Origin: Podarcis erhardii
Taxonomy: Eukaryota
DNA: 64,000 nt
Reading direction: 5' to 3' (one strand)
Assembly (NCBI GenBank): GCA_964252035.1
Contig: OZ176203.1
Shown here: positions 26,101 to 37,802 of the stretch, in pieces
How positions within the stretch are numbered: position 1 is the first letter of the stretch
Layout of the letters: the number at the start of each line of letters is the position of its first letter
Translations under genes and position numbers: made by a program
Notes under the pieces: model-generated
Told to the model about the DNA's origin: nothing
The model's input: the letters and a program-made list of their open reading frames with translations, nothing else
Database searches by the model: none

Positions 26101-26365
26101 CAGAGCCGTAGCCGGGTGATCTTGCGCCTCTGGCAGAACCATCCAGATTGCCCCCCCCCCCCCCGGCCACGGACAAGTTAGCTCTTCTTTCCGCCTCTCC
26201 TCCAACCCCTCCCCCTTCCACCCATTCAATTCACTCTCATAACCATTTCTTATGAGCCAATAATACATATTTATATTTATGGACATATTTTACCTGATTT
26301 TGTGCCGCCCCCAACGCCTGCGCCCCGGCGGGGGCCCACCTCACCACCCACTAGCTACGTCCCTG
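26101..26365. mobile_element. hAT MITE nested in the LTR
   Basis: Perfect 8-bp TSD atcctaat (26093-26100 and 26366-26373). Termini CAGAGCCGTAGC and reverse complement CAGGGACGTAGC. Confidence 0.88.
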
Positions 26366-26675
26366 ATCCTAATGACACCTCAGTCTCCGCTATTCCTCAT
26401 TCCAAGGAAACTGAGCTCTATGTAAGCACCTGGAAGCCCTGGAATCTTCTTCGCTCAGGGATTGGGGTGGTGTGCAACTATAGTATATAAAACAATAAAA
26501 CATATACACCCTTAAAGTCTGTATTAGCTAAACTGGATAAATTCTATGTTTTGTATACTATTATTTGTGCTGGGGTTTGTTAGTTTTTTATAAAATGTAC
26601 TGACTGACAGACAACATCCTTAAAATAGGATTCCACTAAAGGTGCAATCTGTAGCAAAATCTGTCAGGAGGTGTA

Positions 26676-26881
26676 GGGTTAGGATCCAGCAGATCTCTGG
26701 CTAAGCGCATAGCCAAGCTAATCAGCTTAATTCCCTCATTGTTGGATCAGACAGAAATGCACCAACGTGTCTTCTTCACCCCAGCTGAGCAGAGCCGATC
26801 TTAAACTGGTATAAGCTCTGAAAATGGGGTGCTTCAGGGGTGTGGTAAGGGAGAGGGGATTTAGGGCTGGATCCTAAGCCC
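26676..26881. mobile_element. Probable MITE (Harbinger-like ends)
   Basis: Inverted termini GGGTTAGGATCCAGC and GCTGGATCCTAAGCCC. No clear TSD. Confidence 0.4.
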
Positions 26882-27000
26882 GTTCAGCTCTGGAAAAAGG
26901 CTGGTATTAATCAAACACTATTTCCAGCTGTTCAGCCCCACTCCTGAAAGGAGTCTTGTTCTGCTGTACTTTACACCAACTTACCTTATGCCAGCTTCTT

Positions 27001-27873
27001 ATGTGAGTGCCTGGAGGTGGCTGGAGGATGGATGGAGGCTAACAGATTGAGGTTGAATCCTGACAAGACAGAAGTACTGTTTTGGGGGGACAGGGGGTGG
27101 GCTGGTGTGGGGGACTCCCTGGTCCTGAATGGGGTAACTGTGCCCCTGAAGGACCAGGTGCACAGCCTGGGGGTCATTTTCGACTCACAGCTGTCCATGG
27201 AGGCACTGGTGAATTTTGTGTCCAGGGCGGCTGTCTCTCAGCTCCACCTGGTACGCAGGCTAAGACCCTACCTGTCCGCAGACTGTCTCGCCAGAGTGGT
27301 GCATGCTCTAGTTATCTCCCGCTTGGACTACTGCAATGTGCTCTAGGTGGGGCTACCTTTGAAGGTGACCCGGAAACTGCAATTAATCCAGAATGCGGCA
27401 ACTAGACTGGTGACTGGGAGTGGCCGCCAGGACCACATAACACCGGTCCTGAGAGCTCTGCATTGGCTCCCAGTACGTTTCCGAGCACAATTCAAAGTGT
27501 TGGTGCTGACCTTTAAAGCCCTAAACGGCCTCGGTCCTGTATACCTGAAGGAGCGTCTCCACCCCCATCGTTCAGCCCAGACACTGAGTTCCAGCGCTGA
27601 GGGCCTTCTGACGGTTTCCTCATTGCGAGAAGTGAGGTTACAGGGAACCAGGCAGAGGGCTTTCTCAGTAGTGGCGCCCACCCTGTGGAACACCCTCCCT
27701 TCAGATGTGAAGGAAATAAGCAGCTATCCTATCTTTAAAAGACATCTGAAAAACTTCAGGGAAGTATTTAATATTTAATGCTGTACTCTTTTTAACATTT
27801 GATTGGGAGCTACCCAGAGTGGCTGGGGAAACTCAGCCAGATGGGCGGGGTATAAATAATAAATTATTATTAT
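27001..27873 (+). mobile_element. L2 LINE, 5'-truncated, young
   Basis: NRLRLNPDKTEV..SRLDYCN*..LHWLPV..RAFSVVAPTLWN with a single in-frame stop at 27344-27346. Tail ggcggggtataaataataaattattatt. Confidence 0.92.
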
Positions 27874-28505
27874 GTATAAGTTTGCTCCCTTGCACAAATA
27901 TCACCTCACTAACACACCCACACCTCAGTCAATCTACACGTATGCACATTCAGCCACACTTCAACCACACATATGCTCAGAAAGAAAAACACTCCCTCTC
28001 TCTCAACAATTATCAGACATAATAATTCCTTGGAAATGTAGCCAGAAAGACCATCCTACAACACCGGGAGCCTAAGACTATGAGGCAAAAAACAAATGTC
28101 ACCTAGGATTCTTACCAACCCCAAGAGAAACCTTGCACGGACTCCACCCATCCAGCCTGAGCATCACTGAGCCTTACCTGAGCATCAAACAAGGCATTCC
28201 GGAGCCCTGGCTTGTTCCCAAGTCATCAGTTAATCTTTGGTCCAGATTTCTGGCTTGCTTGTTGTCTTCTGTCCTGTTTTGTCCTTTGATCCTAACCTCC
28301 TCTCTATTCCTGACTCCTTTTGTTTTCTTAGTCCGTCTGTTCTGGTGTATGGCTTGTCCTTGGCTCCTAGTGCTTGGCTCACCCTAGATTGCTGTCCATG
28401 TCCCACTCCTGACAGGTGGAATGAAGTGCAAGTCTCCCTCTCCCACCTTGTCAGACATAATGGGTCTTTTTAGTTAATCAATTGACACTAAATTAAAAAT
28501 ATATA

Positions 28506-28674
28506 CCGTATTTTTTGCACCATAACACTCACTTTTTTCCTCCTAAAAAGTAAGGGGAAATGTCTGTGCGTGTTATGGAGGGAATGCCTACGGGTGGCAT
28601 GCCTACGGATTTTCCTCCTCTAAAAACTACGTGCGTGTTATGGTCGGGTGCGTGTTATAGAGCGAAAAATACGG
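28506..28674. mobile_element. Tc2/mariner-like MITE
   Basis: TIRs CCGTATTTTTTGCACCATAACAC and CCGTATTTTTCGCTCTATAACAC, with TA TSD on both sides. Confidence 0.88.
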
Positions 28675-28789
28675 TATTTTTTCCAAAATACATGAAATAC
28701 ATAAGTTGTGGAAGCTGGAAAGACATTCTGTTTCTCCTCTTAGCTGTATTGTGTTAAATTAGTTATATATATCAATATCTATATCAATA

Positions 28790-28793
<4 letters not shown>

Positions 28794-28821
<28 letters not shown>
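28794..28821. repeat. (TA)n, left flank of the palindrome
   Basis: Directly visible. Confidence 0.95.
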
Positions 28822-28824
<3 letters not shown>

Positions 28825-29095
28825 GGTTTTGGTGTCCTCGGGTGTCTTCCCGTGTAAAAGTTGGGGTGTCTAGGCGACGTTTCGACGAGGTCTCACTCGT
28901 CATCTTCAGGCTGGTGCTTTCGGCTTCTTGTTACTGGAACTGGCTCTGTTCCAGTAACAAGAAGCCGAAAGCACCAGCCTGAAGATGACGAGTGAGACCT
29001 CGTCGAAACGTCGCCTAGACACCCCAACTTTTACACGGGAAGACACCCGAGGACACCAAAACCTGCATTCCTGTACCCGTGAAAATCTACGAAAG

Positions 29096-29098
<3 letters not shown>
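28820..29098. mobile_element. Penelope-like element terminus in inverted (palindromic) arrangement
   Basis: Perfect 121-bp arms (28820-28940 and 28948-29068), 7-nt loop, about 30-nt extra tail, inserted in (TA)n. Contains the PLE-type CCTGAAGATG..GAAACGTCG motif. Confidence 0.8.
28977..29014 (+). ncRNA. Minimal type I hammerhead ribozyme motif (mirror copy on the - strand at 28874-28911)
   Basis: CUGAAGA (28979-85), extra U, 6-bp stem II GACGAG/CUCGUC, then GAAAC-GUC with palindromic ACGU helix III. Stem I has only 2 clear base pairs. Confidence 0.65.

Positions 29099-29131
<33 letters not shown>
29099..29131. repeat. (TA)n, right flank of the palindrome
   Basis: Directly visible. Confidence 0.95.
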
Positions 29132-29138
<7 letters not shown>

Positions 29139-29810
29139 TCCATTTTATTCTTTTATTATTACCATTCTCCATCAATGAAAGATGAAAGAAAATGCCTTAC
29201 TTTTGAGGTGGCTTTTTGAGTGTCCTTTTATTATACAAATCATCATCCTGTTGCATTTTGGGGTTGAAATGAGTTTCCATTCTGTCGTCAGCGGGCTTTC
29301 CTGTGTGACTGATAGATTTTTTTTCATGAATCCCCCCCCTGTACTTTTGAAGGTATATGTGCAGAAATATTTTTAAAGATAAAAGTCTCAAGCACCTAAT
29401 AGCTGGGCTCCTTGCTTCCCATCCTTCTGTTAAAGCCCAGAAGATATCAGGAGGCAACTCCTTCTGTGGCCTTTGTAAAAGATTGTCGAATGTCTGCAGC
29501 CAGGGAGGCTGATGGAATGTTTAGAGGAAAACATCAAGCAGCTGCCAACTTGGGCTCCTTGCAGTCTTAAGGTAAGCTCGACCCCACACTCACTGCATTT
29601 GTGAAGAAATCCAAGAGCACTTTGCAAATGAGGGAGAAATTTGGAAGCTTCTTTGACAGGCAAATAAAATTTTGGAAAATTGGTGGATAGGTTTTGGCAC
29701 AACCTTAAACAGAAGCATCTTGAATTTCATAAATATCTGAGTTTTTTATGCTAGCATATTCAGGATGAAGGAGAACAAACATGATGACGTGTATCCTAGA
29801 AAGTCCATAT

Positions 29811-29997
29811 CAGTTGTTGCAAACCCATCAAGCAACTTTACGAACAGCAGATGGGGTTGCTTATTTCATGACCTGGGAGGCAGCAAAAAAACTGATGGAA
29901 CTTAATATCTGAAGGATGGCTCTTCTTATCGTTTCATTTCAGCTAGATGTAACCGGACATCAAATACTGAAAAAAGAAGAATGTTGAGAAACCACTG
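29811..29997. mobile_element. Old hAT-Charlie-like MITE
   Basis: Left end cagttgttgcaaac, right end gttgagaaaccactg. TSD not preserved. Confidence 0.4.
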
Positions 29998-30423
29998 CTT
30001 TATAAAATGTTTTATATAGGCTACTTACAAGGTCACCTTAAGTTTCACTACTCGTCTGCTGAGATTTCCTACACTGTCAAGATAGTGTTGCCACTGCCTC
30101 TCCAAAGCATATTTCCACTGTATGCTTCCTGGGACTATTCATGCCAGGAATCACTGTGTTTAATATTGATGCTGATTTCATCTCTTCATTTTTATTAGTT
30201 TGTGCTAGTCTTAATTAGCAATCTTCAATCTCTGTCAAGGTAAGCAATTTGATATAACTTAATAAAGCAAAAGGTTCAGCTGGGAAAAAGATCAAAATTT
30301 ATTCTGTTTGAATGTTGCCTAAAAGTATGTATTGCTCCATTCTGTTGTTAGCTGCACGAATGGAAGGCCACTGCAGTCATCATGAGTAGAGAGAATGACT
30401 TTATCATATAGCAATGGTGTGTG

Positions 30424-30426
<3 letters not shown>

Positions 30427-30471
<45 letters not shown>
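30427..30471. repeat. (GT)n microsatellite
   Basis: Directly visible. Confidence 0.97.
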
Positions 30472-30472
<1 letters not shown>

Positions 30473-31917
30473 ATGGTTTCCATACCAGCTAGGTTGAAAT
30501 GTCTGTTTAAGATGCACAATATTTATTTTATATGTTCTCATGATGAAGCTTACTTACCATGACAGATAGTTCTACAAATATTTGAAGCAATATAGACTGA
30601 TTAGTTAATAAAGTCAGTTCATAATGCACAATATATATTACAGATTTATTCTGTAACAAGTTTTTGCACCTGGATAGATTGCCATACAAATATTTGAAGA
30701 TATATAGACTAATTAATTCATAAGAATGCAACAGAGTTAAGAATGAGTTAAACAGAGTTAAAAATGTGTACATTGAGGCAAGCAAAGTATGAGATGAAAA
30801 CCACAACATGTTAAGGCAATTAGCAATTAACACTATGAGTTTGGAAGCACCGATAAAGAGATAAAACCACAGAGCATACAGCCTTGCAGTTCAGCCCAAT
30901 GGAGTTACTGAAGGCTCATTGATTGCGATATTATACTAAGAGAACTGTTAGATTTTTCATGCTCTGTGAAAATGGTTGAAAGGCAAGTGGCTCACATTGA
31001 AAAGTCTGATCAATCCTTCAGAGAAAAAAGATCAATATGCAACAGACTCAAATAGGGCATAAGATAAGAAAATGTAGAACCTGGATAAGACTGAAGCTGA
31101 GTCAGTCCTCAAACAAAGCTCCAGCTTCTTCTGTCATGGCAGCTACAATTGTCATAAAAAGTCACATCCTGCAAAAGGCAAAAACTACAGTTTAATGAAA
31201 AATCATCTTGCTGAAGTATGCAGGCTGAAACAAAGGCTGCAGAGTGTGGTGGGAAAAATAAGTCTAAGTGCCGAGTTAACCAAATAAGCCCAAAACTGAG
31301 CAGCCAAAATGTTTGTGTCTACCGTAAAAATAAAATAGAATAAAGTGAAATAATAAAATAAAATAAAATCTAGCATTGAGCTGAACACATTTTGAGAATC
31401 TTTTCCTTAAAAACAAAACAAGGAGGTGGGATGCAGTTCAGGAATAAGAAAAAAAGCTCCATTGCATCCTGCTCCTCCCAGTGGACCATGCCATAGGATC
31501 ACCCCATGAATTCTACTGTTGTGATTGGTTGAAAGAAAGGCAAAAAATTTCCTACATAATGTCTTGAGAGAGAAAGAGCATAGAAGCAGAGCTGTTTCTT
31601 TAGTTATGGATAACCTCAACTACGTTAAAAAGCAGAAGTGAGCTACAGACACCTACTGGAGATACTACTTTATCCGATTGCTCAAGTAGAACCCAATATG
31701 TGTGCCTCTGAAGAGACAGAAAGATGTCCAGGTGCAGGCAGGGCATGAGAACATCCCATCTGAAAATACTGCGGTGGCTACCAGGAAAAGCTGGATATAG
31801 GGTGTTACATATTCTGAAATGTATAATCCCATATAATACAGAAAATCACCAACAGGCACAGCCCACCACTGTCCTTATTGCTTTCCTTCAGCACCATGTG
31901 CTGGGTTTCAACTGCAT

Positions 31918-31964
31918 ATTGTAAGCTGCCCTGTGATCTTTGGCTGAAGGGTGGTATAGAATGT

Positions 31965-32017
<53 letters not shown>
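31918..32017 (+). mobile_element. L2-type 3' tail with (TAA)n microsatellite
   Basis: ttgtaagctgccctgtgatctttggctgaagggtggtatag followed by (TAA)n at about 31967-32017. Confidence 0.65.
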
Positions 32018-32045
32018 TGCTGCATAAAGACTGTAAATAGACAGT

Positions 32046-32083
32046 CTCTTCCAACTCTGTGATTCTATGATTCTATGATTCTA
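32046..32083 (+). mobile_element. Very short CR1 3' tail
   Basis: tctcttccaactctgtgattctatgattctatgattcta. Confidence 0.75.
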
Positions 32084-34164
32084 GACTTTGTCTCTCTCCA
32101 AAGAGACAACCATGTGTAGAAGTAAAAAGGAGCAGGAAGGAGCAGAGCAGTTGCAAGCTCCTCTCCTGGATCTCATGCATCTGTGGGGTTCTGGCAAGCC
32201 ATAGTTTGGTTTACTGTGACATGGAAATGAGGCAATTGTATTTTATTTAGTTCTCAAGAAGAAATTGCTCAACAGCAGAACTTCAGTGATAGGAAAAAAA
32301 GAAAAGCATCATTCAATGAGAGAAAATGTGAATTGATAAATATGAATTTTTTAGAATTGTATGGATATATGCTTTCTAAAAACAGGGTCTCAACAGATCC
32401 AATGAATATAACGAGCTGTTCAAACAGCAAATGCACCAAGAAGTGTATGCAAGATTAGAAGCCTACAGAGACTAATCAACTGTGTCTCAAAATTCAGATG
32501 GGGAAAAATACTTTTGCAATCTCAAACATATTCAAAGCAGACAATGGCCTGCTTTTTCAAGCATTGGAATTTGCAAAGTGAGAGAATCATGCTGGACTTT
32601 CTCACAGGAAAAGCAAAGGAACCATAAGAATCACTGAGGGAAAAAAGAGCTTAGTAATGGAGAGTGGTGGGGGAACCTGGAGGCAAGAAATATTTGCATG
32701 TAGCAACAGTCCAACTGCAGAGCACAAGTGGTCAATAGAAACAGTCCTATCTCATTACCAAGGTAGTCTCCTGCAAGTCAAGATTGTTCTGACTTCAGAG
32801 AAACAAATGGCAAAATGAAATTTTAAAATAAAACTATGAAGTTAGAAAGTACAATGCAAAGCAGTTTATCAGGAGGAAATAAGGAGACTTGGTGCTAGTG
32901 GGAAAAAAGGAAAACTCTACTCTCTTTAATGCATTTAAATGAAAATAATAGAAACTAAAGGATTGTGTGCTACCTAGCACAACGTAGATGAACCAAACTC
33001 TATGTTAACAATGTTTGGAATGGGTGTCTGGATATATCTATTTTTATTTTTAGTTTGGGTGGGGTTCCTATAAAAGGCATCAGCCAATGTTTAACATATT
33101 TGATGACTGGGTATTTCACACATACACAAAACAAATATTGTGGCACATTTTTGAAAATGTGGTTACAAAGCTCATGTCGCTTCACAGTAATTGCCATGAA
33201 TTATACAGTGAAGGTCCTGAAAGATGCCTTGTGCGATGCTGCTGCTTTTGTGCAATGACTGACTGCAAATGATGGCATGCTTGCAAATATATGTACAGAC
33301 AAAGATACACTGGAATCTTCAAATATTCATTAGCACTACATAATTGACAAATTTGCTTCACAAACTGCAGTGCATTAATAATGTGGTGTTTTGCAGACAT
33401 ATTTGATACAAGTCACGATTGCAAGACAAACTCACATTAAAAAATTCTATCAGAAGAGCTCACCTGCCCTCAAAGGTGGCATAAAACCTCTTCTGTATTT
33501 ACCCAAATGTATGTAATGTTTTGCATCTATCTAAATATATTAGATGAGTAAGAGTTTTCTTTCTTGGGCTTATTCTGTGGTGATTTGTTTCAAAGGCTGG
33601 TAGTTTGCTTAGAAATTCAACAGTTCACTCTTGTTTCCCCAAGTCTGGGCTTTTCCTCTGGCTTCCTGTATACCAGAGTTTAGGGTGGTGGAGAAGAAGT
33701 TGATGGGTAGCCATTCAAGAACCTAGAATGGTTACATGAGAACCCTTGACAGGGCACCTAGCAAATTCAGCAAATGATATGCAAATTATGTCACTATATA
33801 AGAAAAGTCTCAAAATTATGGTAAATATTCAGTTTTAAGAATAGAGGCTCACAGAGATTAATTGATTTAATAGTGGTAACACAAGCCTTTCTCAGTGATG
33901 GAATGGGAATTAGATGAATACAACAAACACAATGCTATCCTTCATGATACTTACTCCTCTTCCTGTGATTAGTATGCCCTCTATAAAGACATATCTAAAA
34001 ATAATACAGAAACACTGTGGAGGGGGAGTAAAGCAATGATTTCTGTAGCTTTACAACACACTTGACTGAATAGTTTTTATACAACAGCTTTAGAATAGTT
34101 CTGCTGAATATACACCCCCATATACTTCAAGTATTAAACAAAATCCTTTTGACGTCTTCCTCAC

Positions 34165-35160
34165 CTTTTCTCTAAACTAAAATGCTGCTCATGCTGTAAC
34201 CTTTCCTCACAGAAGGGCCTCTCCATCCCACTGAGCAGTTTGGCGGCCCTTTTCTGAACCCTTTCCAACTCTACAACAGCCCTTTGGAGCTGAGGCGATC
34301 AGGAATGTATACAGCATTCCAAGTGCAGTTGCCCCATAGTTTTGTATAATGCCGTTATGGTAGTGGCAGTTTTATTTTCAGTTGCTTTCCTGATGATCCC
34401 GAGCATGCTACCTATGTTCCTTTTTCACAGATGCCACACAAGGCATTGGCATATTCATCAAGCTGTTCACTATGACTCCAATGTCTTGTTCCTGATCAGG
34501 TACCACCAGATCAGACCCCCACGAGTGTGGGGGCGAAATAATTTTTTGTTGCCCTGACATGCAACTTTTTTTTTTTTTTACATTGAATTGCCTTTGTCAT
34601 TTTACTGCCCATTCACTCAGCCTGGAGAGATCCATTTTATCTTCAGAACAACCCTGTGAGGTAGATTAAGCTGAGAGACTGTGACTGGCCGAAGGTCATC
34701 CTGCGAGCTTCACAGCTAAGTGGGAATGCAAACCCTTGCTTTAGCAGAGTTTAGTCCAACACTCTAGCCACTACACCACACTGCTCTCTCGCTTTAGCAA
34801 GGCTTGTTTTTCTATATGCTTATTTTATCTTTAACAATACTTTCTACCAGTTTTCCCAGCACAGATGTTAAGCTAACTGGACTGTAATTTCCAGAATCTT
34901 TCTTGAATCCCTTTTTAAAAATCAGTGTTACATTAGCCGCTTTGCAGTCATTGGATCTGAGGGATGTTCTGAGTGCTAAGCTACATATTTTTTGTTAGAA
35001 GACCAGCAATTTCACACTTCTGTTCTCTTGGGTGGGTGCTATGCTGATCCTCGCTTCCTTCAAAAGTGAGTTCATACACTGTGATATGCCCTATAATATC
35101 TTCTCCTGTGAAGACAGACGTAAATAATTCTGACCTCAGTTTACAGGTGTTGTCAAGCAG
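34165..35160 (-). mobile_element. Ancient CR1 RT fragment interrupted by a SINE
   Basis: cagtttggcggcccttttctgaaccctttccaactct..cagcattccaagtgcag is the reverse complement of CR1 [12 protein letters not shown]-type sequence. It continues after the SINE. Confidence 0.65.
34642..34790 (-). mobile_element. tRNA-derived SINE (Squam3/CORE-like)
   Basis: Reverse complement GAGAGCAGTGTGGTGTAGTGGCTAGAGTGTTGGACT..TGACCTTCGGCCAGTCAC..CTACCTCACAGGGTTGTT. Confidence 0.75.
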
Positions 35161-37011
35161 AACTTGTGGATGAGACGCCTGAACCTTGCTAGGATGTGGC
35201 ATTTCATGTGGCAGGTGGACATGGCACACACAAGGATGCACAGAAGTCAGAAAAACCACCCCGGCCTTTGGGCAATTTACTTATCCCTGAAAGCAAATGC
35301 ATGGCCATTCTGGTCAGTTTCAGCTCTTCTTCCGTTGGAAAGAAACTCCTTACTTTTATAAGGTCATATACATGGCAGTTATTTTCACAGCTCTTCTGCT
35401 GTGTGGGAATAGATGCCCCCCCTTTAGACTTCTGAATAAGTTTTGGGTTCATAAATACTTCCACAATCTTTTATGCACTGAAATGAAAGGGAGGTTTGCC
35501 ACTGAATTAATATCAGCAGGAGAAAGCCATTAAATGAGCTCTCCTTTGCTTTACTTGATGCTTTTGAAACAAACCGAAAGCCCTGATCTTGTTCTCTGTT
35601 GGAAATGACAATATCGCACCGTTAAAGCTATGATTTTTCTCCTGTATTGATTCAAATAAGTAGTAAAAAATTGTCAAGGACTGCAGGAATACAAATCTGA
35701 ACACATGCATGCAAGAGTTTAAGGGTGAAAAACTCAATGGAACACTTATAAAATCTAGACTTGGAAATTCAGGTGTCTTTAGAAATGAACTGCAGGAAAC
35801 TTGAGCTTTCTGAAAAATGTCTTCTTGTAATCTGGTCTGCAACAATGGTGCCAATGACTTATTGCTAGTGATGCTGACTAGCTAGGACAGCATTATGTGC
35901 TCTCCTCTGGAAGCTTGTTTTGTGCAGCTATTACAGCTGCAGTTCAAAGCACGCTTATGTGAGAGCAAGTTCCATGATAGTAGACAAGACTCCCCTTTGA
36001 GTAAACATACACAGAATAACAAACTCCTTTAGTTAAGAATATAAAATATACAACCTCTGGCTTGACTTTTGTTGGTCAGATGTTTGTTTGTTTCTTAAAA
36101 GTATTTATATATTGCCATATAATAAAATATCAGGGTGGTGTCCAATGTTAAACCATAGGTCAGCATTAATAGATATAAAATACTGATAGTCTTTAAGGTG
36201 GTTAGCTAATGAAAAATAAGAATGAAATGTTACCCTTCTCATGTCTAGACTTGGCTCGGAAGCACCTACTTGTGGCTGCTGCCTTCTGTCTTTGCTTCAG
36301 GTAGGATCCTACTTTTAAAAAAATCTGGTGATAACTTGTAAAGGAGTGGCATTATATATGGTGGCAATAATAATGACTGCATGAAGAGTTTCCCTCTGGG
36401 CAAAGAAACATGGGAGAAAAGCAATCATAAATCCAATGGGGAAGGAAACAGATGCTCTTCCATGCAAGTCGACCAAATGCTCCTTTCCTCCCTCTCTCTT
36501 TGGCCACGTTGCCACAGAACAACAGTCTCTGAAGGCTATCAGTACAATCAATTTAGCAAAATCAATTTACTAAAGGAAAGGAGGAGACTTCGGAACATAT
36601 CCTACTCCACTTTGAGAATCACAGGATGGTAATAATTGATACCCTACTGATCTAAAGTGTAAGAAACAGAATAGGTATTGTTCCATCAATTACTTGACCC
36701 ATACTGAAAAGACAACATGAAAGTCTGAGTTCTTCTTCCTTGATCGTTACAAAAAGTCCTTGCAGCTTACTCAGGAATACCTTGTGTATCTCTGCCTTCA
36801 GCTGCTGCTGCTTTCGGAACAAGTCAATACTGATAACATGCATCCTGGAGGAAATAGGGCTTAATTTCTCCCCCCGTTTAGCTTTTTCAAAGTCAGTGTA
36901 TAAGACAATGAAATATATATGGCAGAAAGAGAAACTTTCTGTGCTGTTTTTAGACTTTACCCCACAATTTGATAATCATTCAAAATCAAGAATGAGCGGG
37001 TTATAAATAAA

Positions 37012-37057
<46 letters not shown>
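37012..37057. repeat. (GTT)n microsatellite
   Basis: Directly visible. Confidence 0.95.
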
Positions 37058-37058
<1 letters not shown>

Positions 37059-37625
37059 GTGTTTATACACACACAGGGAGGAAAAGAGTGGAGGATGCCA
37101 TTCTGTATCAATTCTATTTAATTCCTCACATTTTTAGGCCACTCTTCCTCCAGAGAGCTCAGGGCAATGTACAAAGCTCCCCACCCACCACCCACTATAT
37201 TCCCAAATAGAGATGGCAGAGAAATTCAGTTCAACTTGCGTTTCAAGGTAAGGTAACCTATTTAGAAATTTCCATAACAATAAAGAGCCCCAAATACAGG
37301 CACCCTTCCCATATGACACTTCTTGGGCAGCTGGACTGCCTGGGCCACCACAAGGTTCCCTGGGTGTTCTGTTCCCACTTGAGTTTCTCCACCTCATGCT
37401 GAGCGCTACAATGAGGCGGAGAGAAGGCATCGTCTCCAGTAACTGTCTGGGTCAGCTTGCTATTCCTGGCAGGGATGAGGGTGGGGAGAGAGATTTGATT
37501 CATTTCTCATGTAAAGGCAAAAGTAGCTAATTCACACTATCCAATACCACAAGCAAACTAAAGCACTGTTTTCTTTGAAACCTACACTTTCCCATTTTTT
37601 TCAGTGCAGTTTTTATACTTTACTT

Positions 37626-37802
37626 CAGTGGTTTTTTTCTGGGGAGACACAGGGGGATGCATAACCCCCTAAACATTTTGTGAATCTTTGTACTTTTGTC
37701 CATTTACTGTATTTATTTTTTCCAATTTGAAGTATAAAATGGTGGTTTTCTTGAGTCAAAATGAGAGTACCCCTAAACATTTTTTTAAGAAAGAAAGCAC
37801 TG
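37626..37802. mobile_element. hAT MITE
   Basis: Termini CAGTGGTTT and AAAGCACTG, with 8-bp TSD ctttactt/ctttactc. Confidence 0.8.

Larger units (their letters stand above)
25637..26479 (+). mobile_element. Solo LTR interrupted by a hAT MITE
   Basis: Begins TGTTA and ends GCAAC(T), with a (t)atag direct repeat on both flanks. AATAAA lies at about 26081-26086. Contains an internal (GA)n tract. Confidence 0.65.

Noticed and set aside
26236-26245. ctcataacca as the 3' end of the 25637 LTR
   Set aside because: It lies inside the TSD-bounded hAT MITE. The better end is at about 26479, where the flanks match.
31886-31906. REST/NRSE-like TTCAGCACCA
   Set aside because: Only the left half-site matches; the GGACAG half is absent.
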